From NCBI GenBank assembly GCA_016783605.1, contig JADHWG010000003.1, forward strand, positions 1 to 62,404: 62,404 nt of DNA. Direction: 5' to 3'. Positions 53,332 through 62,343 of the stretch are shown one piece after another; positions within the stretch are counted from its first letter, which is position 1; the number at the start of each line of letters is the position of its first letter. This stretch comes from Candidatus Omnitrophota bacterium (GTDB taxonomy: Bacteria; Omnitrophota; Gorgyraeia; Tantalellales; Tantalellaceae). A program made the position numbers and the translations under genes. The notes below the pieces were generated by a model. The model was not told the origin of the DNA. It searched no databases and saw only the letters and a list, made by a program, of their open reading frames with translations.

Positions 53332-54240
53332 CTAAAACTTTCCTTTTCGAACGATCTCAAGCATATCTTCCGCAAGCGGTGCGGTAAACTCCATATATTT
53401 CCCGGTATCGGGATGGGTAAATCCAAGCCGTTCAGCATGAAGCGCCTGACGCGGAAATCTCGGATCCCCGCCATACCTCAGATCTCCAAGGATCGAATGA
53501 GAGATATGAGTCATATGCACCCGCACTTGATGCGTACGCCCCGTAAGCAGATCCACTCGAATAAAAGTGAACAGATCAAATCTCTTTAATACGTGATAAA
53601 CCGTATGAGCGGACTTGCCTCCATCATAATCAACTTCCATCTTTTTTCTGTTTTCCTTGTGGCGCGCGATAGGCGCGTTAATTGTCCCATTATCGATCTC
53701 TACGCGTCCTTTTACTAACGCTAAATAACTTTTTTTGATCTGTCTTTCTTGGAATTGTTTGGACAAAGACCTTAATGCCTTCAGATTTTTCGCGACAACC
53801 ATAACTCCGGAAGTATCTTTATCCAATCGGTGCACGATACCGGGTCTTAACTCATTATCGCTTTCAGGAAGATGTCCCAAATAGTGAAGCAGCGCGTTTA
53901 CCAAAGTACCGTTTTTATTCCCCGCGCCGGGATGAACAACCAAACCGGCTGGCTTATTGATCACAATAACGCATTCATCCTCATAAATAATGTTGAGCGG
54001 TATATTCTCCGGCTCCAATTCCAAGACCCCGGGCGGAGAAAAAAGCGTAACCGAAACCGTATCATTTTCCTTAACGGAATAATTGGGTTTTATTTTTTTT
54101 TCGTTCACAAGCACATATCCGTTATCTATGAGAAATTTCGCGTAGACCCGAGAATATTCAACGCCGAGTTTACAGGTTAAATACTTATCAATTCGTTCTC
54201 GAGCTTCCTCATGGCAAATTTCAAATTTAAGCTTTTCCAT
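53332..54240 (-). CDS. rluD: 23S rRNA pseudouridine synthase, RluA/RluD family
   Basis: S4 domain plus the catalytic HRLDKDTSGV motif. 302 aa. Confidence 0.9.
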   Translation of the reverse strand: MEKLKFEICHEEARERIDKYLTCKLGVEYSRVYAKFLIDNGYVLVNEKKIKPNYSVKENDTVSVTLFSPPGVLELEPENIPLNIIYEDECVIVINKPAGLVVHPGAGNKNGTLVNALLHYLGHLPESDNELRPGIVHRLDKDTSGVMVVAKNLKALRSLSKQFQERQIKKSYLALVKGRVEIDNGTINAPIARHKENRKKMEVDYDGGKSAHTVYHVLKRFDLFTFIRVDLLTGRTHQVRVHMTHISHSILGDLRYGGDPRFPRQALHAERLGFTHPDTGKYMEFTAPLAEDMLEIVRKGKF

Positions 54241-54255
54241 ACTCTTACAATCTCT

Positions 54256-54999
54256 CTATCCCTTAACCTTTTTGTTTTTAAACACAACAAATATCAACAC
54301 TCCGCACAAAAAAGTTACCATACCTATAAATTGTGAAAGTTTTATGCTATAAAAAACGGAAAGTTCATCTCCTCTTAAAAAATCCATAAAAAATCTGAAA
54401 ACACCATATATCATCAAATACGACGCGAACGCGCATCCGTCAAAAAAATGTTTTTTCCGTATTTTAAGAAGAACAAGAAAAAACGCGAATAGGATGAAAC
54501 ATGAATATAACTGTACCGGCATTCTCGAGACCAATTCACCCGGGAACGTAACAGCACAGCCGGATTCGACGACTTTTCCGTAACAACACCCGTTAAGAAA
54601 ACAACCGATCCTGCCTATTGCCTGTCCCAAAACTATGTATGGAATGATCAAATCGGCAATTTTTCTGAAAGAGATCTTTTTTATACGGGTAAAAACCACC
54701 CCCGATATTACCGCTCCCGCGAGCGCGCCTTGAAAAGCCAGACCTCCTTCAAAAAACATCAAAATTCTAAGCGGGAACCGCATATAATATTCGGCATTGA
54801 TGAACACGTATAAAAGGCGCCCTCCGATCAAGCCGCTGATTAAAACCAAGACCAAACAATCGACAACGTCGGATCGTTTAAGATCCGAGTCCTTGACATC
54901 CCGAAGAATAAAAATGGTTGAAATTAAAAATCCCAACGCCACACAAAGCCCGTAAGAATATAGCGTAAAAGGCCCAATGTTCAAAATTACACGATGCAT
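54256..54999 (-). CDS. lgt: prolipoprotein diacylglyceryl transferase
   Basis: 247 aa, polytopic, with a GRIGCFLNGCCYG motif. Confidence 0.9.
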   Translation of the reverse strand: MHRVILNIGPFTLYSYGLCVALGFLISTIFILRDVKDSDLKRSDVVDCLVLVLISGLIGGRLLYVFINAEYYMRFPLRILMFFEGGLAFQGALAGAVISGVVFTRIKKISFRKIADLIIPYIVLGQAIGRIGCFLNGCCYGKVVESGCAVTFPGELVSRMPVQLYSCFILFAFFLVLLKIRKKHFFDGCAFASYLMIYGVFRFFMDFLRGDELSVFYSIKLSQFIGMVTFLCGVLIFVVFKNKKVKG

Positions 55000-55032
55000 T
55001 CGTTCCTAAAATCCCCCAAGTTAAGCAATCAT

Positions 55033-55097
55033 CCCCCCCCCAAACAACCTCGTAGGTTGAACCTACGAGGTTCAACCTACGAGGTTGTTTTGGGGGG
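55033..55097. repeat. 65-bp palindrome with C9/G6 clamps and three CCTCGTAGG/CCTACGAGG units
   Basis: CCCCCCCCCAAACAACCTCGTAGGTTGAACCTACGAGGTTCAACCTACGAGGTTGTTTTGGGGGG, in the lgt-lspA gap. Confidence 0.85.
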
Positions 55098-55114
55098 AGG
55101 ATGGCAAATGATGA

Positions 55115-55555
55115 TTAGTTTCTTCGTTTAAAGAGCATGGAAAAAATTAAGATAACCGCGCCTATCAGAATAAAACTGTCCGCGAGATTAAATATCGGCC
55201 ACACACGAAAATCAATAAAATCTATGATATGCCCGAGTCTTAAACGATCAATTAAATTCCCCGCCGAACCGCCTAAAATAAAACAGAGCGCGAGGCTTTC
55301 CAGTTTGCTTAATTCATATTTTTTTTGAAAAAGAAAATAAATGATGATGATTATCGCCGCGCTCGTCACGACAGTAAACACGATCGGATATTGCTTGAAC
55401 AATCCGAACGCGATACCGGTGTTGTATACAAGGGTCAGATGAAAACCTCCGTCGATTATGGGTATCCCCGAAGACACGGAAATAAATTTCTCCGCGCAAA
55501 ATTTCGACGCTTGATCAATAAAACAAATAAAAAACGCGATAACTATGTAGAACAT
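55115..55555 (-). CDS. lspA: lipoprotein signal peptidase II
   Basis: 146 aa, 4 TM helices. NTGIAFG and NLIDR / FNLAD motifs. Confidence 0.9.
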   Translation of the reverse strand: MFYIVIAFFICFIDQASKFCAEKFISVSSGIPIIDGGFHLTLVYNTGIAFGLFKQYPIVFTVVTSAAIIIIIYFLFQKKYELSKLESLALCFILGGSAGNLIDRLRLGHIIDFIDFRVWPIFNLADSFILIGAVILIFSMLFKRRN

Positions 55556-55558
55556 TGT

Positions 55559-55996
55559 TTACCCGTGATTTTTTTCGTTTTTTTCGGCTTCTTCCCGACA
55601 TTTTATGCAACATTCCGCTTGCGGCATAGCTTGAAGACGTCCTTTGGGGATCGCTTCGCCGCACGAAGTACATATTCCATACTCTCCGTTATCCACCCTA
55701 TTTATCGCGTCATCGATCTCATACAATCTTTTCCGTTCTCCTTCGGCCAATTCCAATGAAAATTCTCTATCATATTGGTCCGTCGCCATATCAGCCATGT
55801 GAATGGAATACCCGGAAAGATCTCCTGAGGCGTCTTTCATGGATTTATTGAGAGTATCCCCTTTTAGATTAACGATCTCTTCAAGAATCTCGACTTTTTC
55901 ATCAACAAGTTTTTTTCTAACGGCTTTCAGATCTTTCGCTGAAAATATTTTACTTTTCCGAGCACGCTTTTTTTTAACCATTGTCGCTCCTTTCAA
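55559..55996 (-). CDS. DksA/TraR family C4-type zinc finger protein
   Basis: C-terminal CTSCGEAIPKGRLQAMPQAECCIKC plus a preceding coiled coil. Lies between ileS and lspA. Confidence 0.8.
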   Translation of the reverse strand: MKGATMVKKKRARKSKIFSAKDLKAVRKKLVDEKVEILEEIVNLKGDTLNKSMKDASGDLSGYSIHMADMATDQYDREFSLELAEGERKRLYEIDDAINRVDNGEYGICTSCGEAIPKGRLQAMPQAECCIKCREEAEKNEKNHG

Positions 55997-58805
55997 GAAT
56001 TACTTTATTGCATCTTCGGCATAAATCCGAAAATTCTTTATTTTCACCAACCGTTTTACAAAAATTCCAGCACCTTTCACATTTTTTACCGGCGGCTCTG
56101 GTCACCATAGCTTTTATCTTTAGTTCACCCGGGACATCTTCCATCTCAGGAGACACTTTACCAGCAATAAGAACTTCAGAAACCTTAAAAATCCCGGCAA
56201 AAAGTGTTTCGCTCGTTTTTATAAACTCCCTCATCCGGCTATCGTCTGAATACAATTCAACCGCGGCTTCTAAAGAACTTCCAATCAATCCATTCTCACG
56301 TTTTAATTCGAGAAGCTTCATAACGCCGTCTCTCAAAGCTAATATTTGACTCCACTTAGTATTTAGCTCTTCGCTTTCCGACCGACGAGAAGTTTTATCT
56401 GTATCCGGCCAGTCAGCCATATGAACACTTCCCTCTTTACCAACAAAATCCATCAGTTTCCAAACTTCCTCCGTTGTAAACGAGAGGATCGGAGACAGAA
56501 TCCGAGTTAAAGTGTTCAATATTTCAAAAATAACAGTCTGAACACTGCGCCGAACTTTTGAATCCGCCCCTTCCACATACAAAGTATCTTTTGAAATATC
56601 AAGATAAAACGCGCTTATTTCATACACGCAAAAATTATAAACCACACGATACACCTTATAGAACTCATACTTTTCGTAACAAGCCGTAATTTCTTTCGCC
56701 AGATCGTTCAGGCGAGAGATCATCCACCTGTCAATTTCGGGCATATCCTTCGTCTCGACTTTATCTCTCAGCACGTCAAAATCGTATAAGTTACTCAAGA
56801 GAAACCGAAACGTATTTCGTATTTTCCGATAACCATCCGCTAAGCGCTCCAATATTTCGGAAGAAACTTTAATATCTCCCATATAGTCGCTGGACGCCAC
56901 CCATAATCTGAGTATGTCCGCGCCGTACTTTCTCATAACCTCATCGGGACTGATCACATTCCCGATAGATTTGGACATTTTTTTTCCATCCGCGTCCACT
57001 ACAAACCCGTGTGTTAACACTTTTTTGTAAGGAGCCTTTTCGTTTATCCCCATTGACGTAATGAGAGACGCCTGAAACCAGCCCCTATGCTGATCCGAAC
57101 CCTCAAGGTATAGATCCGCCGGCGCGCTCAATTCATCTCTGGCCTCAAGGACCGCTCTATGGCTTATTCCCGAATCGAACCAAACGTCAAGAATATCATT
57201 TTCTTTCACAAACTCTTTTTCGCCGCACTTTCGACAAACCGTACCTTTCTCGATCATCTCACTCACAGGCTTTTCGAACCAAGCGTCCGCGCCACAGTCC
57301 CGAGTAAATCCGGCGACTTTGCGAATAATACGCTCGTTTGTAAAAGCTTTGCCGCAAGACGCGCACCGAAAAGCCGGAATGGGAACTCCCCAATACCTTT
57401 GGCGCGAAAGACACCAATCCGGCCTCATTTTTACCATTGTCCCGATACGGTCTTTTGAGGCAGGCGGAACCCATTCCACTTTTTTATTTATTACCCGAGC
57501 CATTTTTTTCCGCAAGTCCAAATGGTCGATCCTCATAAACCACTGTTCCGTCGCTCTAAAAATGATCGGCTCTTTACAACGCCAGCAATGCGGATAAGAG
57601 TGAGTTATATCTTCCGTCATAATAAGCGTCTCGTCAGAACGCATTTTCTCTATTATGGACTTATTCGCTTTAAAAACATTTTCTCCCGCAAAAACGCCCG
57701 CCTCTTCCGAAAAAACTCCCGTAGGCTCAACCGGCATGATAATTGGAAGATCATATTTTTTCCCCGTAAAATAGTCATCCTGCCCATGCCCCGGAGCGGT
57801 ATGCACACACCCCGTCCCTTCCTCTTTTGTCACATAATCTGCCAAAACAACTTTTGAAAGGCGATCGATAAAAGGATGCTCGGCATTTTCTATAAGATCG
57901 GCAATTTCCTTGCCGGTCTTTTCTTCTGTAATACGATAGTCTCTCAAACCAAACTTTTCCATGGCAGGCTTTACCGCGTCACTCGCCATTATCCAGGTTT
58001 CTCCGTTCGCCTCAAGAAAAGCGTAATTAAATTCCGGATGCAATGCAACAGCCACATTCGCCAAAAGTGTCCATGGAGTGGTAGTCCATATGACAAAAAA
58101 TGTTTTGTTCTTTTTGGAAGACTCAATCTTAGCCTGAAACTTTACATATACCGAAGGCGAAGTTTTGTCGAAATATTCAACTTCCGCCTCAGCCAAAGCG
58201 GTTTCACACTTCCGGCACCAATTGACAGGTTTTAAATCCTTGTAGATATAATTTTTTTCATACAAATCCGCTAAGGATTCCAGAATATCCGCCTCATAAT
58301 CTTTCGTCAAAGTCAAATATGGGTTTTTCCACTCGCCGAATATGCCAAGCCTTTCAAATTCTCCGGACTGAATTTTTACATACTTCATCGCGTAAGCGTA
58401 AGCCTTTTTACGAAACTTAACCTGATCAATATCATCCTTAGAGAGCTTTAACTCTTTGAAAAGCTGGTGTTCCACCGGAAGTCCGTGACAATCCCACCCC
58501 GGAACAAAAGGCGAAAAATGTCCGCGCAGAGTAAAATACTTCACGCATATGTCTTTAAGAATTTTGTTAAGAACATGCCCCAGATGAATGTGACCGTTCG
58601 CGTAAGGAGGGCCGTCATGAAGAATAAAAACCTTTTTTGATTTCTTCCGTTTTTTGATGATTTCGGCATAAATATCTTCTTTTTGCCACAATTTGAGGAT
58701 CTCAGGTTCTTTCTGAGGCAAATTGGCTTTCATTGAAAACGTCGTACGCGGCAAATTAAGCGTATCTTTATACCCTGATTTTTTCTTTTCTTTGTTTTCT
58801 TTCAT
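55974..58805 (-). CDS. ileS: isoleucine--tRNA ligase
   Basis: About 943 aa. HIGH (PPYANGHIHLGH), KMSKS and C-terminal zinc-finger Cys pairs. ATG at 58805. Confidence 0.94.
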   Translation of the reverse strand: MKENKEKKKSGYKDTLNLPRTTFSMKANLPQKEPEILKLWQKEDIYAEIIKKRKKSKKVFILHDGPPYANGHIHLGHVLNKILKDICVKYFTLRGHFSPFVPGWDCHGLPVEHQLFKELKLSKDDIDQVKFRKKAYAYAMKYVKIQSGEFERLGIFGEWKNPYLTLTKDYEADILESLADLYEKNYIYKDLKPVNWCRKCETALAEAEVEYFDKTSPSVYVKFQAKIESSKKNKTFFVIWTTTPWTLLANVAVALHPEFNYAFLEANGETWIMASDAVKPAMEKFGLRDYRITEEKTGKEIADLIENAEHPFIDRLSKVVLADYVTKEEGTGCVHTAPGHGQDDYFTGKKYDLPIIMPVEPTGVFSEEAGVFAGENVFKANKSIIEKMRSDETLIMTEDITHSYPHCWRCKEPIIFRATEQWFMRIDHLDLRKKMARVINKKVEWVPPASKDRIGTMVKMRPDWCLSRQRYWGVPIPAFRCASCGKAFTNERIIRKVAGFTRDCGADAWFEKPVSEMIEKGTVCRKCGEKEFVKENDILDVWFDSGISHRAVLEARDELSAPADLYLEGSDQHRGWFQASLITSMGINEKAPYKKVLTHGFVVDADGKKMSKSIGNVISPDEVMRKYGADILRLWVASSDYMGDIKVSSEILERLADGYRKIRNTFRFLLSNLYDFDVLRDKVETKDMPEIDRWMISRLNDLAKEITACYEKYEFYKVYRVVYNFCVYEISAFYLDISKDTLYVEGADSKVRRSVQTVIFEILNTLTRILSPILSFTTEEVWKLMDFVGKEGSVHMADWPDTDKTSRRSESEELNTKWSQILALRDGVMKLLELKRENGLIGSSLEAAVELYSDDSRMREFIKTSETLFAGIFKVSEVLIAGKVSPEMEDVPGELKIKAMVTRAAGKKCERCWNFCKTVGENKEFSDLCRRCNKVILERSDNG

Positions 58806-58814
58806 AAGTACCAC

Positions 58815-59025
58815 GGGCGGGGAAACCCCGCCCCTACGTTATTGTTATTCAAATGCAAAACCAAAAAAAACCGCTCCAACATTATTGTTATCCGAATGTG
58901 AAATCGGGGAAAACCCGCTCCTACATTGTTGTTATTCGAAATCGTAGGGGCACGGCATGCCGTGCCCTTTGTCATTATTTGAATGTTCGTTACAGTATCA
59001 CGTACGGGAAAACCCCGCCCCTACC
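58815..59025. repeat. REP-like hairpin cluster with three tandem ~38-nt units
   Basis: Three degenerate units of (G)GGGAAAACCCCGCCCCTAC-GTTATTGTTATTCAAAT type, plus GTAGGGGCACGGCATGCCGTGCCC and a terminal GGGAAAACCCCGCCCCTAC. Confidence 0.75.
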
Positions 59026-59877
59026 CTATATAATCGGTTTAAGTCTTTCAAGCGTCTCCGGTGGAATCGCTTCTCTCGGAGTAACCAACGCTGTCTTTAT
59101 CGCGTCAGCACACGAACACTCTTTTGTTTCCGGAATACTCGGGATAACATTGTTCAACATTTTTTTAGCGGTCTCTACGTTTTTATTAAGGTTTGCTATT
59201 ATCATGTCAATGGAAACGTCTTCCGCTTCCGGACCCATCCGCCATGAATCATAATCCGTTACCATCGCGATCGTCGAATAACAAATCCCCGCTTCTCTCG
59301 CGAGCCGCGCTTCGGGCATATTCGTCATACCGATAATGTCAACGCCCCAGCTCTTATAGAGATATGATTCCGCTTTTGTCGAAAACGCGGGACCTTCCAT
59401 GTTTATATACGTTCCGCCGTCATGGATCCTAACATCCAGGTCTCTATTTTTTTCATAAATAAGATCTTTTAGTTCCAAACAAACCGGCTCGGCAAGTGAA
59501 ACATGCGCAACCGCTCCATCCCCGAAAAAAGTCGTCGGACGAGCCTGATTGGTCCTGTCAATAAACTGATCGACAAGAACAATGTCCAAAGGACGAATTT
59601 CTTCTTTGAGACTACCCACCGCGGAAACAGATATGATTCTGTCCACACCCAACATTTTAAACGCATAAATATTCGCCCTGAAATTTATTTCTGACGGCAA
59701 AATCGTGTGCCCTTTTCCGTGCCTTGGAAGAAAAACCGAGTCGCGCCCCGCAAGGCGGCCGATAACAAACTCCCCGGAAGGATCCCCGAAAGGAGTTCCC
59801 ACCCGTTTTCTTTCTACGACTTCCATCCCTTCCATCTTATAAAGCGCGCTTCCTCCGATAATCCCGATCTTGCTCAT
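59026..59877 (-). CDS. mtnP: S-methyl-5'-thioadenosine phosphorylase
   Basis: 283 aa. IGIIGGS, FLPRHG and SVSAVGSL motifs of the MTAP/PNP family. Confidence 0.9.
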   Translation of the reverse strand: MSKIGIIGGSALYKMEGMEVVERKRVGTPFGDPSGEFVIGRLAGRDSVFLPRHGKGHTILPSEINFRANIYAFKMLGVDRIISVSAVGSLKEEIRPLDIVLVDQFIDRTNQARPTTFFGDGAVAHVSLAEPVCLELKDLIYEKNRDLDVRIHDGGTYINMEGPAFSTKAESYLYKSWGVDIIGMTNMPEARLAREAGICYSTIAMVTDYDSWRMGPEAEDVSIDMIIANLNKNVETAKKMLNNVIPSIPETKECSCADAIKTALVTPREAIPPETLERLKPII

Positions 59878-60104
59878 AAGTCTATAACCTCCACGATTTT
59901 ATTTCTTCCGCTTTTGCCCGTAACTATTCTTACATCTTTTTTCGCGACCTTAAACTTCTTGGCGATTACGCCTAGCGCCGCTTTATTCGCCTTCCCATCA
60001 GTCGGCGCGGCCTTAACATACACTTTTATAAGCCCATCCTTTTCAATAAATTCTTCCCTGGACGATCTCGGACACACTTTAACGGTTAATTTCATTTTCA
60101 CCAT
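59874..60104 (-). CDS. DUF167 (YggU-like) protein
   Basis: 76 aa. PRSSREEF...AAPTDGKANKAL...V.IV.G..SR.K pattern. Confidence 0.8.
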   Translation of the reverse strand: MVKMKLTVKVCPRSSREEFIEKDGLIKVYVKAAPTDGKANKAALGVIAKKFKVAKKDVRIVTGKSGRNKIVEVIDL

Positions 60105-60139
60105 TCACGGGCGGCCACAAGGGTCGCCCCTTGTACATT

Positions 60140-60336
60140 GTCACAATTCAGGTAACAAATCGATAGTGACCGGGGGCACCCGACCATTTTGTCACCTCTT
60201 CAATTAATCGGACAAGGCAGGCCTTGTCCCTACGAATAATATAAAACATGCCACAACAAATCGTAGGGGCCGGGCCTGCCCGGCCCTTTTATCCCCATCA
60301 TCATTGATAACCTTTATATGTTGATGCCATTATAAA
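60140..60336 (+). mobile_element. MITE-like element, family A, truncated (no right terminal repeat)
   Basis: The left TIR TGTACATTGTCACAATTCAGGTAAC and the interior are conserved up to ...GCCATTATAAAC. Preceded by the hairpin GGGCGGCCACAAGGGTCGCCC. Confidence 0.8.
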
Positions 60337-60352
60337 CTGTATTAAATAACCA

Positions 60353-60649
60353 TTATCCAATCCTATACGCGATCTGGTAAAGAAGATTTACCACCAAACT
60401 CTTCACAACACTCAAAACAAGAAACGCGACTATCGGTGAAAAATCTATTGCTCCGATACGAAGCGGAAGAGCCCGAAACGGCGCCAATAACGGATCCGTG
60501 ATTTTATAGATCACTCGAACAATTTCGTTATAAGGATCCGCGCCAACCCACGAAATAATTATCCTTATTATCAGAATAAAATACAAAATGTTGAAAACCA
60601 AAGACACAAAAAGAGCAATGCTTTTCACTATTTCAGCCAGAATAAACAC
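60353..60649 (-). CDS. YggT family membrane protein
   Basis: 98 aa, 2 TM helices, ITDPLLAPFR motif. Positioned after proC. Confidence 0.85.
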   Translation of the reverse strand: MFILAEIVKSIALFVSLVFNILYFILIIRIIISWVGADPYNEIVRVIYKITDPLLAPFRALPLRIGAIDFSPIVAFLVLSVVKSLVVNLLYQIAYRIG

Positions 60650-60651
60650 TT

Positions 60652-61455
60652 CTACCCCCCGGAGATCTCCTCAGACCGCGTTTTCGCTTTCGTAATCGCA
60701 TTTTTTAAAATTTTTCCAAACCCTTCCGCTTCAAAAACCTCCAAAGCCGCCTCGGTAGTCCCTTTTTTTGAAGCAACTTTCGCGATCAATTCTTTAGATG
60801 AAACATTTCCCTCTTTCAGAAGCTTCGAAGCACCGAACAATGTCTGACGCACAAGTTTTTTTGAAGTATCCTCATTTAAACCCAAACTCACTCCCGCGTT
60901 TATCATCTCATTCGCCAGATAAAAAAGATACGCCGGTCCGCTTCCGGAAAGCGCCGTAACGCAATCAAACAATTCTTCCTCGATTTCCACCACGTCTCCA
61001 ATACCCGAGAAAATAGTTTTCACTTCCTCTATTACGCCGCTCGCCATATCGTTATGAGCAACGCATGTTATGCTTTCACTCACAAACGCCGCAATATTCG
61101 GCATAACTCTAACCACGGGCACTTTTTTCCCAATTTTCTTTAAGATCGTATCTATTTTTATCCCCGCCGCGATCGATATAACAGTCTGCTCTTTTATTCC
61201 CGGCGCGATTTCTTCCAATAAACCGCCAAGATCATGCGGTTTCACCGCGACAAGCAAAATATTCGCTTCGCGAACCACATTAGACAAATCTCCCCGCCGA
61301 CACCCCGTTTCCTTCGACAAACAATCTGCCTTTTCAATAACCTTATCGTACAATAGAATAGATCCCGGTTTAATATGTTCTTTCCCAACCATCCCGCAAA
61401 CGATCGCCCCGGCCATATTCCCGCACCCAATAACCCCGATTACATATTCTTTCAT
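60652..61455 (-). CDS. proC: pyrroline-5-carboxylate reductase
   Basis: 267 aa. Rossmann motif GVIGCGNMAGAI and a C-terminal dimerisation domain with SKKGTTEAAL. Confidence 0.92.
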   Translation of the reverse strand: MKEYVIGVIGCGNMAGAIVCGMVGKEHIKPGSILLYDKVIEKADCLSKETGCRRGDLSNVVREANILLVAVKPHDLGGLLEEIAPGIKEQTVISIAAGIKIDTILKKIGKKVPVVRVMPNIAAFVSESITCVAHNDMASGVIEEVKTIFSGIGDVVEIEEELFDCVTALSGSGPAYLFYLANEMINAGVSLGLNEDTSKKLVRQTLFGASKLLKEGNVSSKELIAKVASKKGTTEAALEVFEAEGFGKILKNAITKAKTRSEEISGG

Positions 61456-61620
61456 AGCCCCACCCTCACCATATTATGTTTAATAGATGGTTAAAAGTAT
61501 CACAATTTCCCCCCAATGTCAATGACCCCTCAAAATTAACTCACCTTCGCAAAATAGGTATACCAAAATCCAAAACCACTACACACATCGCCGCACTCAA
61601 ATCCACTTTCGATATTTTGC

Positions 61621-62343
61621 TTAAGCTGATTTGAGTAAATCAAGCATCTGCGCATTCATTATTTTTAGTTCCGCAATATTATGTACCTCAATGGGTGGAA
61701 GTTGAAAAATGATAAGTTTTGCTAATTTTTGATAGTATTTTGGGGCGTTCGGATTAAGACTTCTTAGTTTTTCCATTTGAGTGAATTTTCGTCCTGTTAA
61801 AATTTTGTATATTTTCGTCAACGTGGTTATGTCGTCATTCTGAAGAGCGCGTAAAGCGGACAAAACTCCGTGTATATTAACAAAATTAGAAGAAGAATCG
61901 GACTCAAAGACCAATGATTTGACATTTTCAGGCAATTTTTCTATGAACGCCATATCGCTGAGCGCAACGTCAACAAGATTGTTCGGGTCCATCGCTAAAG
62001 TTGATACTCTGTCAAGTAATTCCTGTTTTGAAACAAACTCAATCTTTTCCTTTATTCTGTCATCCCTCTTATTATCACGTGCAATTTTTAACAAGTCCGT
62101 AACAAAGATCGTGTCTAAACCTTCTCGAAAGTCTTTCACCAGATCTTTACAAATTACATGAATAAGTGTTTTTTGCGCGGGTATTATCGGCTGTGGGCAA
62201 ATTTCAGATATTAAATTCATTCCCCTTTTGTTTTTTTGTATCGTCTTTTTTTCTGCATCCGGATGAGTTCTCTCATGAATGCCGCGCGGATTCGAATCCG
62301 GAATTTCAAGATTGACTCTTAACTTTTCAGAACTATTCGACAA
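61621..62343 (-). CDS. hypothetical protein; true start uncertain
   Basis: 240-aa ORF from a TTG. The frame stays open upstream to the window edge (62404), so the gene may be longer. No recognisable domain. Confidence 0.5.
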   Translation of the reverse strand: MSNSSEKLRVNLEIPDSNPRGIHERTHPDAEKKTIQKNKRGMNLISEICPQPIIPAQKTLIHVICKDLVKDFREGLDTIFVTDLLKIARDNKRDDRIKEKIEFVSKQELLDRVSTLAMDPNNLVDVALSDMAFIEKLPENVKSLVFESDSSSNFVNIHGVLSALRALQNDDITTLTKIYKILTGRKFTQMEKLRSLNPNAPKYYQKLAKLIIFQLPPIEVHNIAELKIMNAQMLDLLKSA

